DNA from: Lingula anatina
Lineage: Eukaryota > Animalia > Brachiopoda
DNA length: 64,000 nt
NCBI GenBank assembly: GCA_051362555.1
Contig: CM120643.1
Span: 12,560,644 to 12,624,643 of the forward strand
Reading direction: 5' to 3'
The translations under genes and the position numbers were made by a program. The notes under the pieces are model-generated. The model was not told the origin of the DNA, made no database searches, and saw only the letters and a program-made list of their open reading frames with translations. Within the stretch, counting starts at the first letter, position 1, and each line of letters starts with the position of its first letter. Shown in pieces: positions 63,049-64,000 of the stretch.

Positions 63049-63741
63049 CTGTCTTTTAAAAACGTGCTGGCCCGATCATATAATAGCGGTTATCAGATGT
63101 TCACAGGCGAGGACGGTCTATATCAGGACTGTGCACCTCAGTCGAATAAAATGCATTGACCTTTGCGGTACCGGTCCAATCTTATGCGCGCAGGTGTGCT
63201 TTTTTAACTGGAAATTTTCTGCGTCTATTTTTAGTTCAGGTGACGCTGTCATTGTTTGCTTAGTTGTAGGCCTACTGACGCTGCGTACATCGAGTGCATC
63301 TATGAGATGTAGTGGGCGGTTTCTTTTCTTTTTTTTTCTTTTTCAAAATAAAGGGAGTTTGTGTCAATCGAAATGGTATATGGCAAATATTTTGCCACAA
63401 AATTTTGCGATCGAGAATCGTTATGTGACTTTAATATATCATTGAAAACAATAAGACTTTATTTTGTCGAATAACACATGGGAAATTATGCATGGAGGCT
63501 CAAGATGAGAAAACCAGTTAATACGGGAAGGGGAACTTAAACGGGAACCTAGTAATCTAGGAAAAGAAGGTTTGGGTACCGTTTCAAATAAAGGAGTGAA
63601 GTGAAATTATATTAACGTTGTGCATAAACAAGAAAGGGGCAATTAAAATCTGTTTTATGGAGCATTTCGCACCTATAAATCGCTAGCCATGCTTTTAAAA
63701 CACGGAATGGAGTATCCTTGTGTGAATGAGCTCGCACGGCA

Positions 63742-63746
<5 letters not shown>

Positions 63747-63780
<34 letters not shown>
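63747..63780. repeat. (GA)n microsatellite
   Basis: Directly visible. Confidence 0.95.
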
Positions 63781-63782
<2 letters not shown>

Positions 63783-64000
63783 TTATGCGGTCTCGAGTTG
63801 TTACACACATTAATAAAGAGAAACAAATCATACTCAGTACAAAGGTTTTTTCTTTTATTGACTCTGGCTGTGGTATCAGCCATTCGGCATATGTTGCTAT
63901 AAATGGCATGTGCGTAGATCACAAATATAGAAAATGAGAAACAATTGACATTTGGCAACATCAGAACAGAAACATTATGAGTTCACTCAAAAATCCAATG

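Noticed and set aside
1-64000. tRNA, rRNA, snRNA or prokaryotic defence systems
   Set aside because: No recognisable signatures by eye; a tRNAscan-SE/Infernal run would be needed to exclude small RNAs formally.

Overview
AT-rich, intron-containing animal genomic DNA, most consistent with an invertebrate bilaterian that has mosaic CpG methylation. The taxon cannot be fixed from sequence alone. Three genes lie in tandem on the minus strand. (1) A vertebrate-type (single cysteine cluster) Toll-like receptor with an intronless CDS at 59218-61776. (2) A ZFP64 orthologue, whose exons I could join in frame from ATG 57633 to a donor at 50833; its 3' end is unresolved and may lie near 25.4-27.8 kb. 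(3) The first coding exon and core promoter of a spalt-like (Sall) gene, ATG 11982, with the rest of the gene beyond the left edge. The Zfp64-to-Sall order and orientation match human ZFP64-SALL4 as I recall it. The best novelty candidate is absent from the ORF track: ZFP64 carries two tandem-duplicated 73-nt exons (54504-54576 and 54371-54443), separated by a 60-nt intron. They must be mutually exclusive to keep the frame, and they swap the recognition helix of the third C2H2 finger (DSSSVRSH vs DSSSLKKH). The rest is non-coding: CpG-rich and CpG-poor domains, candidate enhancers, CTCF-like sites, micro- and minisatellites, and decayed transposon fragments. Most short ORFs in the track are spurious. 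All alignments and motif calls were made by eye.
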